From NCBI GenBank assembly GCA_963816145.1, contig CAWFJP010000003.1, positions 704,001-768,000 on the forward strand: a DNA stretch of 64,000 nt. Reading direction: 5' to 3'. The notes below the pieces were generated by a model that saw only the letters and a program-made list of their open reading frames with translations, did not search any database and was not told where the DNA came from. Positions 51,001-61,349 of the stretch are shown here, piece after piece. The translations under genes were made by a program, and so were the position numbers. Source of the DNA: an uncultured delta proteobacterium (GTDB lineage Bacteria; Desulfobacterota; Binatia; UBA9968). The stretch's first letter is position 1; each line of letters opens with the position of its first letter.

Positions 51001-51080
51001 TCACCACGAAGACACGAAGAGCACGAAGTTCGGAAGAATTATTCTCCGAAACCTTCGTGTCCTTCGCGCCTTCGTGGTGA
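51001..51080. repeat. CACGAAG 9-mer inverted repeat, copy of 18105-18185
   Basis: TCACCACGAAGACACGAAGAGCACGAAGTTCGG...CCGAAACCTTCGTGTCCTTCGCGCCTTCGTGGTGA. Confidence 0.85.
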
Positions 51081-51109
51081 ATACGATCCTTGCATCTTGA
51101 CAGCCTAGG

Positions 51110-52306
51110 CTACTGTAATTCCAACAGTGACGTTCCCTGGCGAAACAGTTCGCGTTGAATAATATGGCGCTGCACTTCCGACGGCCCCTCGATGATGCGC
51201 CGCGCCCGCGCGTGGCGGAAGGCGCGCGCGATCACATGCTCTTTGCGCATGGCCGATGGCCCCACCGCTTCAAGAGCGAAGTCGATAACTTTATGCGCCA
51301 GCTCCGTGCCAAATAACTTTACTTTCGCCGCGTCGACGCGCACGTCCATCTTCTGATCGGCGCGCCAGGACGCCGAATAAGTGAGCGCCTTGAGCGCTTC
51401 CAACTCACCCAGGAAATGACCGATGATACCGGCGTACTTATCGCCCTCTTTGGCGTCTTGGCGCAACACCTGGGCGACGGCATTGAGCACCCGCCGCGCC
51501 ATGCCATGGGCGCGGATACCGACCTGGAAACGGCGCGCACCGAGCCAAGCTTGATTGAGCGCCCAACCGTTGCCCACTTCGCCCAACACTTGCGACCTGT
51601 GCACCCGGCAGTCTTCAAACACCAACTCGCAAGGCTCGGTGCCGGCAATGGTCGCGATGCTGCGCGCCACCCGATAACCCGGTGTGCCGGTGTCGATGAG
51701 AAAACAGGTCACGCCTTCGCGCCCCTTGGTTCCCGGTAAGCGAGCGAAAAGTTGGACGAAGTCGGCGACATCGGCAAAGGTCGGAAACATCTTCGTGCCG
51801 TTGATCTCGAAATAGTCGCCGTCGGGCGTCGCCGTGGTTTGCATCATTGACGGGTCCGCCCCCGAAGCCGGCTCGCTCAGACCAAAGGCAGAAGTTTTCT
51901 CGCCGCGGATGCAGGGCCAGAGATATTTATCGATCTGGTCGCCTTGGCAGTTATACAAAATGTTCGAGACATGATTGCCGAACTCGAACGGGATCGAACT
52001 TTTCTCCAACTCCTCGGTAACCGCGATCATGACGACGTTGCTGACCTCCATGCCGCCATAGGCTTTGGGCACGTCGAGATGCCACAGCCCATTGGCTTCG
52101 GCGCGCTTCTCCAACCCTTCCATGATTTCCAAATAGCGACGAACCTCTGGGTCGGCGCTCGACTTCACCCGGCTCTTCCATCGGCTTCCTTCGAAAATGT
52201 CGGGCGCATAGGCGAACTCGGATTCCAGCGGTGCAAGTTCGGTGCGAACAAACTCCGCGACCGACTCGCGCAAACTCTCTTCTTCATCGGTCAAATGAAA
52301 ATTCAT
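51110..52306 (-). CDS. Acyl-CoA dehydrogenase
   Basis: AFGLSEPASGAD, INGTKMF, VLGEVGNGW, RIIEGPSEVQR. Confidence 0.9.
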   Translation of the reverse strand: MNFHLTDEEESLRESVAEFVRTELAPLESEFAYAPDIFEGSRWKSRVKSSADPEVRRYLEIMEGLEKRAEANGLWHLDVPKAYGGMEVSNVVMIAVTEELEKSSIPFEFGNHVSNILYNCQGDQIDKYLWPCIRGEKTSAFGLSEPASGADPSMMQTTATPDGDYFEINGTKMFPTFADVADFVQLFARLPGTKGREGVTCFLIDTGTPGYRVARSIATIAGTEPCELVFEDCRVHRSQVLGEVGNGWALNQAWLGARRFQVGIRAHGMARRVLNAVAQVLRQDAKEGDKYAGIIGHFLGELEALKALTYSASWRADQKMDVRVDAAKVKLFGTELAHKVIDFALEAVGPSAMRKEHVIARAFRHARARRIIEGPSEVQRHIIQRELFRQGTSLLELQ

Positions 52307-52458
52307 GACGTAACTAATTCCCCCACAGCCCCTTTATCACAGCTTGCTCCGACAAAAAAAGCGAATTCAACCATTGACCGCCGAATCCCGCGTATGTTAA
52401 TCCGATCAGCTATCCAAATGTCGCAAGCAATCGCTGCGAAGAACGCTCCGGAGGTCCG

Positions 52459-53481
52459 ATGTCCGCTGTAAATCTGGCCAACGTCAACATTATCGACGCC
52501 GATGGCCATGTGCTCGACCGCGACGCCAATCTACGCAAGTTCATCCCCGAGCCCTACTGCCGGCGCCGCGGCTCACTTTTGCCGAGCGATGTTTGGGATT
52601 CCAGCATGTATGGCAAGCTCGACACGCCGAATCCAGACCTCGCGACCCGGTTGCGCGATATGGACACCGAACATATCGACATTTCCGTGCTGTTTCCCAC
52701 CGGCGGCTTCAGCGTCACCCAGTTACCGGAAAAAGATTACGCCGCGGCTTTCTGCCGCGGCTACAACGACTGGATCGCCAGTGTCTGCGCCGAGAGCCCC
52801 CGGCTCAAGGGAGTCGCGCTCGTGCCGTTTCAAGATGTCGATGCCGCAGCCAAGGAAACCCAGCGCGCCATCGGCGAACTCGGCCTCGCCGGCGTCGCCG
52901 TCGGCACCTTCGGCATGAAAGAACACCTCGGCCAACCGATGTACTGGCCGATCTACGAGCAACTGGAAAAGTTCAACGTCCCACTGCTGGTGCACAACTC
53001 GCGGCAGGGACCAGCCGGCGAAATCCGCTTCGACACGTTCTTATTTCGCCATACTATTGGACGGCCGTTTGAAACTTTGCTAGATTGCGCCGCACTGGTT
53101 TATGGCGGCGTGCCGGAAAGGTTCCCGAAATTGCGCATCGCCTTTCTCGAATGCGGCTGCGGTTGGGTGCCCTACTGGATGGATCGCATGGACGAAGAAT
53201 GGGAGAAGCGCAAAGCGGAAGCGCCGCTCTTGAAGAAAAAACCCAGCGAGTATATCACCGCAGGCAACTGGTTTTTCGCCGCCGAACCGGAAGAAAGCAC
53301 GGTGCCTTTTTGTTTGGAAAAGATCGGTGAGGATGTCATTTTATTCGCATCGGACTATCCCCACTGGGACGGCGGTTTTCCCTATATGACAGCGACCGTC
53401 AAGGGGCGAAAAGATATTAGCGAACCGCAAAAGCGCAAAATCATGCGCGATAATGCGGCGCGGCTTTACGGTTGGCATTGA
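52459..53481 (+). CDS. Amidohydrolase family protein
   Basis: IIDADGHV, VLFPT, LLVH, FLECGCGW, FASDYPHWD. Confidence 0.92.
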   Translation: MSAVNLANVNIIDADGHVLDRDANLRKFIPEPYCRRRGSLLPSDVWDSSMYGKLDTPNPDLATRLRDMDTEHIDISVLFPTGGFSVTQLPEKDYAAAFCRGYNDWIASVCAESPRLKGVALVPFQDVDAAAKETQRAIGELGLAGVAVGTFGMKEHLGQPMYWPIYEQLEKFNVPLLVHNSRQGPAGEIRFDTFLFRHTIGRPFETLLDCAALVYGGVPERFPKLRIAFLECGCGWVPYWMDRMDEEWEKRKAEAPLLKKKPSEYITAGNWFFAAEPEESTVPFCLEKIGEDVILFASDYPHWDGGFPYMTATVKGRKDISEPQKRKIMRDNAARLYGWH

Positions 53482-53496
53482 GCAAAGGAGTCTCAC

Positions 53497-53988
53497 TTGA
53501 AAATTAAACCGGCGGCATTGTTTAGCCTAGTCGTGCTGATTTTTTTCTGCGTGTTTGTGTATGAAGCCAAAGACTGGCGCATGCAGGCGCGGCTCTATCC
53601 CTGGGCCATCGGCATACCGATGCTGATCTGCGCGATTGTCCAGCTCATCTTGGATCTCAAAGGGGTCAAGGCCAAGCAGTCATCGGACGGCGCGCCGATG
53701 GATTTTCAGTTTCAACAGACCGACGTGTCCCCCGAGGACGTCCGCAAACGAACCATCACGATGTTCGCCTGGATGTTTGGGTTTTTTGCCATGATCTGGC
53801 TTGTCGGATACGTGGTTGCGATTCCGCTGATGGTATTTGGCTACCTCAAGTTCCAGTCGAACGAAGCCTGGGGACTCTCGATCACGCTTACGGTAATCGC
53901 CTTCATATTTTTCTATGCCCTGTTCGTCAGGTTGCTCAATCTGCCGTTTCCCGATGGCGCCGCGCAGACCATGCTCGGCCTAGTCTAG
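53497..53988 (+). CDS. tctB: TctB-like small transmembrane subunit
   Basis: 163 aa with 4-5 hydrophobic helices, ARLYP, and C-terminal LFVRLLNLPFP. TTG start after AAGGAG. Confidence 0.8.
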   Translation: MKIKPAALFSLVVLIFFCVFVYEAKDWRMQARLYPWAIGIPMLICAIVQLILDLKGVKAKQSSDGAPMDFQFQQTDVSPEDVRKRTITMFAWMFGFFAMIWLVGYVVAIPLMVFGYLKFQSNEAWGLSITLTVIAFIFFYALFVRLLNLPFPDGAAQTMLGLV

Positions 53989-54112
53989 AGTTTATTTGCC
54001 CGTACCGTCACTTAGAAATTTGCCCCGGCGCCGGAAATAATTCCGGCGCCGAGATTGCCTCATACTCAAAGCGATTAAATTGACGGAACCCCGCTGCGGG
54101 AGGGAAAATTCC

Positions 54113-55177
54113 ATGGGAATATTTGAGCGCTCACCGTGTCGCCGATTTCTCGCCGCCGGGCTCTTTGCGATGCTGGTTTTTGCGATCAGCAGCAATGCCC
54201 AAGCCCAAACCGAAAGCTTTTACAGCGGCAAGACTGTACGAATCCTAGTCGGCGCAACGCCCGGCGGTTTTTACGACCGTTGGGCCCGGCTGCTCGCGCG
54301 TTACATTCCCAAATACATCGCCGGCAATCCTAACTTCGTCGTGCAAAACATGCCAGGGGCCGGCTCCGTGGTGGTGGCCAACTACACTTACAATATGGCG
54401 AAGCCTGACGGACTAACGCTGGTGATGCCGCTCAACAGCTTACACCTCGACCAGATCGTCGGCCGGCCCGAAGTAAAGTACGATTTGCGCAAATTCGAAT
54501 ATATCGGCAGCCAAGAAAAAACCCCGACCATGATGTATTTCCGCGCCGACAGCCCGATCAAGACGCTCGGCGATATCATTGCGGCCAAGGAACCGCCCAA
54601 GTGCGGATCAAGCGGCACAACCAGCACGGCCTACACCGTGTCGAAGCTTTTGAACGAAGCCTTCAAGGCCAAAACCATCAGCATCAGCGGCTACCAGGGT
54701 GGCAGCGAGATCGACCTGGCCGTCGAGCGCGGCGAAATCGTTTGCCGTCAAATGGATGTGCCGCCGCACTTTGGGCGGGAACCCTTCGACGGTTGGCACA
54801 AGCGAAACTTCGACCGTCATATATTTCAAGGCGGCCCCAAGCGCGATGCGCGTTTGGCCGAGGTGCCGACGCTGTTCGAGCTGCTCGACCAATATAAAGC
54901 GCCGGCGATCATGCGCAGCCTGACCCGCATCATACTCGCCAGCGGTGAACTGGGCCGGCCCATGATGGCCGGTCCCGGTGTGCCAGCGGAACGGGTCAAA
55001 GCGTTACGGGAAGCCTACGCCAGAGCAATGCGCGACCCAGGCCTGATCGAAGAAGCCAAGAAAGGCCAGATGGACCTGGAACATACTTCCGGTGAAGAAC
55101 TGCAAGAACAGATTAAAGAGATCATGAGTCAACCGCGCGAAGTGATCGATCTGGTTAAAAAAGTGTTGGCGGATTGA
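54113..55177 (+). CDS. TctC/Bug-like substrate-binding protein (array copy 1)
   Basis: TPGGFYDRWARL, QNMPGAG, EIDLAVERGE. Confidence 0.9.
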   Translation: MGIFERSPCRRFLAAGLFAMLVFAISSNAQAQTESFYSGKTVRILVGATPGGFYDRWARLLARYIPKYIAGNPNFVVQNMPGAGSVVVANYTYNMAKPDGLTLVMPLNSLHLDQIVGRPEVKYDLRKFEYIGSQEKTPTMMYFRADSPIKTLGDIIAAKEPPKCGSSGTTSTAYTVSKLLNEAFKAKTISISGYQGGSEIDLAVERGEIVCRQMDVPPHFGREPFDGWHKRNFDRHIFQGGPKRDARLAEVPTLFELLDQYKAPAIMRSLTRIILASGELGRPMMAGPGVPAERVKALREAYARAMRDPGLIEEAKKGQMDLEHTSGEELQEQIKEIMSQPREVIDLVKKVLAD

Positions 55178-55184
55178 GGTAGTT

Positions 55185-56282
55185 ATGAAACATAAATTCA
55201 CAATTCCGTTTAAGAACTCAAAGGTTCAAGGGTTCAATCGGATCTTGTTCGGCGCGCTCTTTCTAACCCTTGAATTCTTGAACCCCTTGAACCTTGAACC
55301 AGCGGCGGCGCAGACGCCGCCTTTTTATCAAGACAAGACCGTCCGCATCGTTGTCGGCTTCACCCCCGGCGGCTTCTACGACCGTTGGGCGCGGCTCCTG
55401 TCGCGCTACATGCCCAAATATATTCCCGGCAATCCTAACTTCGTCGTCCAGAACATGCCCGGCGCCAGCTCGGTGATCGCCGCCAATTATGTTTACAATT
55501 TGTCCAAGGCCGACGGCCTGACGCTGCTGGTGCCGATCAACAGTCTCTATCTCGATCAAGTGGTTGGACGCCAAGAAGTGAAGTTCGACGTGGGCAAATT
55601 CGAATTCATCGGCACTCAAGAGAAGGCGCCGACATTATTGTATTTTCGCGCCGACAGCCCGTTCAAAACCCTGAACGATATTATCAACGCCAAGGAACCG
55701 CCGAAATGCGGCTCGACCGGCACGGCGAGCACCGGCTACCTGCTCGCCAAGATCATGGACGAAGCCTTCAAGGCGAGAATGGCCACGGTCACCGGCTATC
55801 AGGGCGGCAGTGAGATCGACATCGCCGTCGAACGCGGCGAAATCGTCTGCCGCGGCATGGACATTCCGCCGCACTTCGGTCGCGAGCCATTTGACAGCTG
55901 GCACAAGAAGGGCTTTGACCGTCACATTCTCCAAAGCGGGCCCAAGAAAGACCCGCGCATGGGTGACGCGCCGACGCTCTTTGAGTTCATGGATCAATTT
56001 AAGACGCCCGATGTCGTCCGCCGCGCCGCCCGCGTGATTATGGCGAGCGGTGATTTCGGCCGGCCCATGGTCGCCGGCCCCGGCAATCCGCCCGACCGCA
56101 TCAAGATCCTGCGCGATGCCTACGCCAAAGCGATGCGCGATCCGGGGCTCATCGAAGAAGCCAAGAAAAGCCAGATGGACATGGAATATACCTCCGGCGA
56201 AGACCTCCAAACACTGATGAAAGAGCTGATGAATCAGCCGCACGAAGCGATCGAACGGGTGAAAAAAATCCTCGCAGACTGA
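55185..56282 (+). CDS. TctC/Bug-like substrate-binding protein (copy 2)
   Basis: TPGGFYDRWARL. The signal region contains GTTCAA/TTGAAC repeats. Confidence 0.9.
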   Translation: MKHKFTIPFKNSKVQGFNRILFGALFLTLEFLNPLNLEPAAAQTPPFYQDKTVRIVVGFTPGGFYDRWARLLSRYMPKYIPGNPNFVVQNMPGASSVIAANYVYNLSKADGLTLLVPINSLYLDQVVGRQEVKFDVGKFEFIGTQEKAPTLLYFRADSPFKTLNDIINAKEPPKCGSTGTASTGYLLAKIMDEAFKARMATVTGYQGGSEIDIAVERGEIVCRGMDIPPHFGREPFDSWHKKGFDRHILQSGPKKDPRMGDAPTLFEFMDQFKTPDVVRRAARVIMASGDFGRPMVAGPGNPPDRIKILRDAYAKAMRDPGLIEEAKKSQMDMEYTSGEDLQTLMKELMNQPHEAIERVKKILAD

Positions 56283-56289
56283 GGTGCTT

Positions 56290-57375
56290 ATGAAATTCAC
56301 AAACCAGTTCAAAGGTTCAACAGTTCAAAGGTTCAAAGTTCTCGGATTTTTAATCTTCTTTGTCGTTGAACTTTTGAACCTTTTGAACCTTGAACCAGCG
56401 TCTGCGCAGCAGACGCCGTTCTATCAAGGTAAAACCATTCGCATCATCGTAGGTCTGACGCCGGGCGGCTTCTACGATCGCTGGGCGCGCCTACTCGCCC
56501 GCTTCATGCCGCTTTATATACCGGGCAATCCCAGCTTCATCGTGCAGAACATGCCGGGCGCGGGATCGATGATCGCAATGAATCATGTCTTCGGCGTCGC
56601 CAAGCCGGATGGGCTCACCGTGGTCATGCCCAACTACGGCGTCTATCTCGATCAGTTAGCAGGACGGAAAGAAGTCCGTTTCGACATCACCAAGGGCTAT
56701 TACATCGGCTCGCCGGAGAAAAGCGATATCGTTCTCTACGCCCGGGCCGACGCCCCATTCAAATCAGTTCAGGACATGAGAAAGCTCGCCGAGCCTGCGA
56801 AGTGCGGCGCCACCGGCACCGCCGGCGCGGATTACCTGATTGCCAAAGTTCTCGACGACACACTTGGCGTGAAAATCAATTCGGTGCTTGGCTATGCCGG
56901 CGGCAGCGAGATCGACATCGCCGTGGAGAAAGGAGAAGTGCTCTGCCGCGGCATGACCATCGCGCCCCATTTCGGCCGCGAGCCTTTCGATAGCTGGCAT
57001 AAGAAGGGCTTCGATCAGCATATCGTTCAAACCGCGGAGAAGCGCGATGGCCGCATCGCTGACGTGCCAACGCTTTACGAAATCTTCGACAAAGAAAACA
57101 CCGCCGATGAGAGCCGGCGGGTCGCCGATGTTATTTTGCGCGGCGGCGACTTTGGCCGCCCCATGCTGGCCGGCCCCGGCACGCCCCTCGACCGCGTGAA
57201 GATACTGCGCGAGGCCTACGTCAAATCAATTAGCAATCCGGAGCTTCTCGCCGAAGCCAAGAAGGCCCGTATGGATGTGGAACCGGTTACTGGCGAACAG
57301 CTGGATGCACTGGCGAAACGAGTCATGAACCAGCCTGCCGGAGTCATCAACAGGGTAAAAAAGATTTTGGAGTAA
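56290..57375 (+). CDS. TctC/Bug-like substrate-binding protein (copy 3)
   Basis: TPGGFYDRWARL. The signal region contains GTTCAA/TTGAAC repeats. Confidence 0.9.
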   Translation: MKFTNQFKGSTVQRFKVLGFLIFFVVELLNLLNLEPASAQQTPFYQGKTIRIIVGLTPGGFYDRWARLLARFMPLYIPGNPSFIVQNMPGAGSMIAMNHVFGVAKPDGLTVVMPNYGVYLDQLAGRKEVRFDITKGYYIGSPEKSDIVLYARADAPFKSVQDMRKLAEPAKCGATGTAGADYLIAKVLDDTLGVKINSVLGYAGGSEIDIAVEKGEVLCRGMTIAPHFGREPFDSWHKKGFDQHIVQTAEKRDGRIADVPTLYEIFDKENTADESRRVADVILRGGDFGRPMLAGPGTPLDRVKILREAYVKSISNPELLAEAKKARMDVEPVTGEQLDALAKRVMNQPAGVINRVKKILE

Positions 57376-57411
57376 GCGCTGGAAATCCATCAGCCGTAGG
57401 AACAATGAGTT

Positions 57412-57728
57412 ATGATGAGAGTTGCTCTGTTCGCGGTGTGTTTGTTTCTGCTTTGCGCGTCGAAGGTGCCGGCCCAGACACCCTCTACCAAGGCAAACAA
57501 ATTAAAGTCGTCGTTGGTTTCACCACCGGCGGTTTTTACGATCGCTGGGCCAGGCTGCTGTCCCGATACATGCCGAAACATATCCCGGGTAGCCCTGAGA
57601 GCGGCGAGAATCTGGAAAAGCTCGTCAGCAAGACTATGAACCAACCTGCCGACGTTATTGCGCGGGTCAAGAAACTTCTGGGCAATCAGTTGATTAAACC
57701 ATTTTCGATGGTAATTTTCGCGTTATAA
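57412..57728 (+). pseudogene. Internally deleted and frameshifted TctC (copy 4)
   Basis: Signal peptide, a -1 frameshift at about 57483, then YQGK...KHIPGSP joined directly to the C-terminal ESGENLEKL...RVKKLLG. Most of the protein is missing. Confidence 0.85.
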
Positions 57729-57752
57729 AAAATTTAGGAGGTTAGAAGCTAG

Positions 57753-58781
57753 ATGTTAAGAGTCTTAGTTATTTTATCGATCCTGATGATTGGCCAAGCG
57801 GCTCACGCCCAGACCCCGTTTTATCAAGGAAAAACCATTACGATCATTGTCGGCACCAAGGCGGGCGACGCCTATGATTTATATCCGCGCATGCTCGCCG
57901 AGTTCATGCCCAAATACATTCCCGGCAACCCCAACATCATTATTCAGAACGTCCCAGGGGCGGCGTCGATGATCGCCGCTAATCAAGTTTATAATATTGC
58001 CAAACCGGACGGCCTGACCCTCGGCGCGATCTATCCGGCGCTCTATTTCGAGCAACTCACGAAAAAGCCCGAGGTAAAATTCGACTGGACCAAATTCGGT
58101 TGGATCGGCAATCCAGTGACATCGAATCATCTCCTCTACATGCGCTCGGATGCGCCGTACAAGTCGATGGACGATATCAAGAACGCCAAGGAGGCTCCGA
58201 AGTGCGGCTCCAACGGCATCACCTCGACGGGCTACTACCTGCCCAAGCTCATGGAGGAAGCCCTCGGCACGAAATTTGACATCGTGTTAGGCTATCAGTC
58301 CGGCCAGGACGTCGACCTTGCCGTCGAGCGCGGCGAGATCGTCTGCCGCGCCTTTACGATCACCGCCTACTTCGCCCGCGAGCCGTTCATTTCCTGGCGC
58401 AAGCGCGGCTTCGTCAACACGCTGATGCAGAGCGGCGCAAAGCGCGATTCTCGCCTCAAAGATGCGCCGACGATCTATGAGCTCATGGATAAATACAAGA
58501 CCAACGCCGCCGGCCGAAGTCTGGCTAAGGTAGTCCTGTCCGCCGGCGAATTTGGCCGCCCCCTTGTCACACCTCCAGGGTTACCCGCGGACCGGCTAAA
58601 GATCTTGCGCGATGCCTTCGATAAAGCGGTCAAAGATCCCGAGCTCTTGGCGACCGCGGAAAAACGGCGCCTGGAAATGGATCCGGAGAACGGCGCGGAA
58701 ATGGAAGCCCTGTCGAAAGAAGTGATGGCAGCGACCCCCGACGTCATCCAGCGCATGCAGAAACTATTAGGCGGTAAGTAG
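57753..58781 (+). CDS. TctC/Bug-like substrate-binding protein (copy 5)
   Basis: GTKAGDAYDLYPR, DVDLAVERGE. Confidence 0.9.
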   Translation: MLRVLVILSILMIGQAAHAQTPFYQGKTITIIVGTKAGDAYDLYPRMLAEFMPKYIPGNPNIIIQNVPGAASMIAANQVYNIAKPDGLTLGAIYPALYFEQLTKKPEVKFDWTKFGWIGNPVTSNHLLYMRSDAPYKSMDDIKNAKEAPKCGSNGITSTGYYLPKLMEEALGTKFDIVLGYQSGQDVDLAVERGEIVCRAFTITAYFAREPFISWRKRGFVNTLMQSGAKRDSRLKDAPTIYELMDKYKTNAAGRSLAKVVLSAGEFGRPLVTPPGLPADRLKILRDAFDKAVKDPELLATAEKRRLEMDPENGAEMEALSKEVMAATPDVIQRMQKLLGGK

Positions 58782-58798
58782 AAATTAACCGCCGGGCG

Positions 58799-58837
58799 AT
58801 CCCTCAAGGCGGTTGCATCGCAGCAGCCTTGAGGGAT
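58799..58837. repeat. Intergenic hairpin between TctC copies 5 and 6
   Basis: ATCCCTCAAGGC-GGTTGC-ATC-GCAGCA-GCCTTGAGGGAT. Confidence 0.6.
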
Positions 58838-58875
58838 ATGCTCCGGCCAATTTATCGGCGGGAAGGAGAAACCTT

Positions 58876-59901
58876 ATGTTTTCAACTCTCGTTGTTTTGG
58901 CCGTTCTTGCCTGGAGCTCGACGCTTTTCGCGCAAGCGCCCTTCTACCAAGGTAAGACCATCACCATCGCCGCCGGCACCAAAGCGGGCGATGTCTACGA
59001 TCTCTATCCGCGACTGCTTGCGGAATACATGCCCAAGCATATCCCGGGCAGCCCCAACATCATTGTGCAAAACATCCCGGGCGCGGCTTCGTTGATCGCC
59101 GCCAACCAAGTCTATAATACCGGTAAACCTGACGGATTGTCTCTGGCGGCGATCTATCCGGCGCTCTATTTCGATCAGCTGATCAAGCGACCGGAAGTGA
59201 AATACGACTGGGCAAAATGGCAGTGGCTTGGCAGCCCGGTAAAATCGAACCAGCTGCTCTACATGCGCGCCGACACCCCATACAAATCGATGGATGACAT
59301 CCGCAAAGCGGCGACGGCGCCCAAGTGCGGCTCCACCGGTATCGCTTCTGCAGGCTACTACATACCCAAGCTCTTGGAGGAAGTGCTCGGCACCAAGTTC
59401 GATGTCGTGTCGGGCTACCAATCCGGGCAAGATATCGATCTGGCGGTGGAACGGGGCGAGCTCCAGTGCCGGGCGTTTACCATCACCGCTTACTATGCCC
59501 GGGAGCCGTTTATCTCCTGGCGCAAACGGAATTTCACCAATGTGTTGGTCCAAACCGGCAGCCAGCGCGACGCGCGAATCAAGGACTCGCCGACGATTTA
59601 TGAGTTGATGGATCGATACAAAACCAGCGGGACGGGACGAACCCTGGCGAAAGTAATCCTGGCTTCGGGAGATTTGGGACGCCCCATCGTCGCGCCGCCG
59701 GGTGTGCCGGCGGATCGGATCAAAATGCTGCGAGACGGCTTCGATAAGACTGTCGCCGACCCGGCGTTCCTTGCGGAAGCGGAAAAGCGCCGGCTCGAAA
59801 TCGATCCGACCAAATGGGATGAAATGGAGACGCTGGCAAAAGAAGTCATGACCACACCCGCGGATGTGGTGGCGCGCATGCGCAAGCTCTTGGGCGACTA
59901 A
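58876..59901 (+). CDS. TctC/Bug-like substrate-binding protein (copy 6)
   Basis: Start MFSTLVV after AAGGAG. GTKAGDVYDLYPR. Confidence 0.9.
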   Translation: MFSTLVVLAVLAWSSTLFAQAPFYQGKTITIAAGTKAGDVYDLYPRLLAEYMPKHIPGSPNIIVQNIPGAASLIAANQVYNTGKPDGLSLAAIYPALYFDQLIKRPEVKYDWAKWQWLGSPVKSNQLLYMRADTPYKSMDDIRKAATAPKCGSTGIASAGYYIPKLLEEVLGTKFDVVSGYQSGQDIDLAVERGELQCRAFTITAYYAREPFISWRKRNFTNVLVQTGSQRDARIKDSPTIYELMDRYKTSGTGRTLAKVILASGDLGRPIVAPPGVPADRIKMLRDGFDKTVADPAFLAEAEKRRLEIDPTKWDEMETLAKEVMTTPADVVARMRKLLGD

Positions 59902-60005
59902 CGGGCAATCGATCTCGTAGTCACGGGCCTAGCCCGTGGATCTGGCTCGTGTTGCGATTCGCCGCCGGCGATTGTACACGGGAAATAAATAACGGAGGCC
60001 GTTGC

Positions 60006-61308
60006 ATGGTGCCAAGTCGTCTTGATTTTACTCTCTGTGCTGGCTTGCTGGCTCGTTACTGGGTTGGGCGGGGATTACGCATCCAGACTACCTCTTTTAC
60101 AAAGACAGAGACCATCAGACTCGTCGCCGGCACGCCCCGGCGGGGAGCGTCTACGTCTCGAGCGCCGCTATGGTCGCCCAGTTCATCGGCAAATACCACC
60201 GGCGCGCTGAGCGGCGCCTACCTCGCCGGCCTGATCAACCATCGCTGGCTGTTTGTTATTCCTGGCATCGCCATGGGCTACTCTGCGCAGATCATGTTCC
60301 GGAAACGCCTCCAGGTCGCCAATGATATCTATACCATGGCCAAGCCCGACGGTTTGACCATCGGCTCGATCCAACCCGCCCTCTATTTCGATCAATTGGT
60401 CGGCCGCAAGGAAGTGCAGTTCGACTGGAAAAAGTTCACCTGGATCGGCAACACCACGGTGTCCGACTATCTGCTCTACATGCGCAGCGATACGCCATAC
60501 AAAATCCGTCGAAGATATTCGCAAGGCCGCCGTACCGCCCAAATGCGGCGCCGAAGGGACCGGTTCGTCGGCCTACTACCTACCTAGACTGCTGGAAGAA
60601 ACCATCGGCGCGAAGTTCACCGTCGTCACCGGCTACAACTGGCCGGCACCGATGTCGACCTGGCGGATTGGAGCGCGGCGAGGTGCAATGCCGCGCCTTT
60701 ACCATCGCTGCTTTCTTCGCCCGAGAGCCCTTCGTCTCTGCGCAGAGGGAAAGGTTTCGTCCATGTCATCGTACAGATCCGGCAAAAAGCGCGACGCTAA
60801 GCTGCCAGACACGCCGACGTTCGCCAAATCGAATTGCTATAAGCAACTTACTGCGCGGTAGCGTGGTGTTAAGCCTGGTGGTCATCGTCATCGGCACGGT
60901 CGTGACCTTTGTCGATCATCCGGAGTTTCTCTCATCGCCTAGCGCTCTGGGACTACTGATCAACCCGGGCACAACCCTACCACATACTCTCGACGCCGTG
61001 GCCCGCGGCCTCCAAGCGCTGCAAGGCGATGCCATTGTCACTCTCGGTCTGCTCCTACTTATTGCGACGCCGGTGATGCGCGTCGGTATTTCGATCCTCG
61101 CCTTTGTCTACGAACGCGACGCGTTTATACCTTCAACACGGTCACAGTTTTTTGCCTGCGGATCCTTTCTTTCTTCCTCGGCAAAGTCGAAAAGCGTAGC
61201 GCCTCGATCGGCGGTCTCCGGCGAAGCATTCGGAAAAGCTCGGCAATGAGATCAATGGCGCAACCGCCGGACGTCATCGAGCGCATGAAAAAATTATTGG
61301 GAACTTGA
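60006..61308 (+). pseudogene. Multiply frameshifted TctC (copy 7) interleaved with TauE/SafE-like and DUF1634-like fragments
   Basis: TctC pieces (AKPDGLTIGSIQPALYFDQ, ERGEVQCRAF, QPPDVIERMKKLLG) are interrupted at about 60195-60315 by TTGALSGAYLAG...WLFVI and at about 60830-61200 by ISNLLRG...GLLLLIATPVMRV. Confidence 0.7.
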
Positions 61309-61349
61309 AAGATCGGCAACGTCGCCAAAGATTAAAGGAGGTGACCAAT

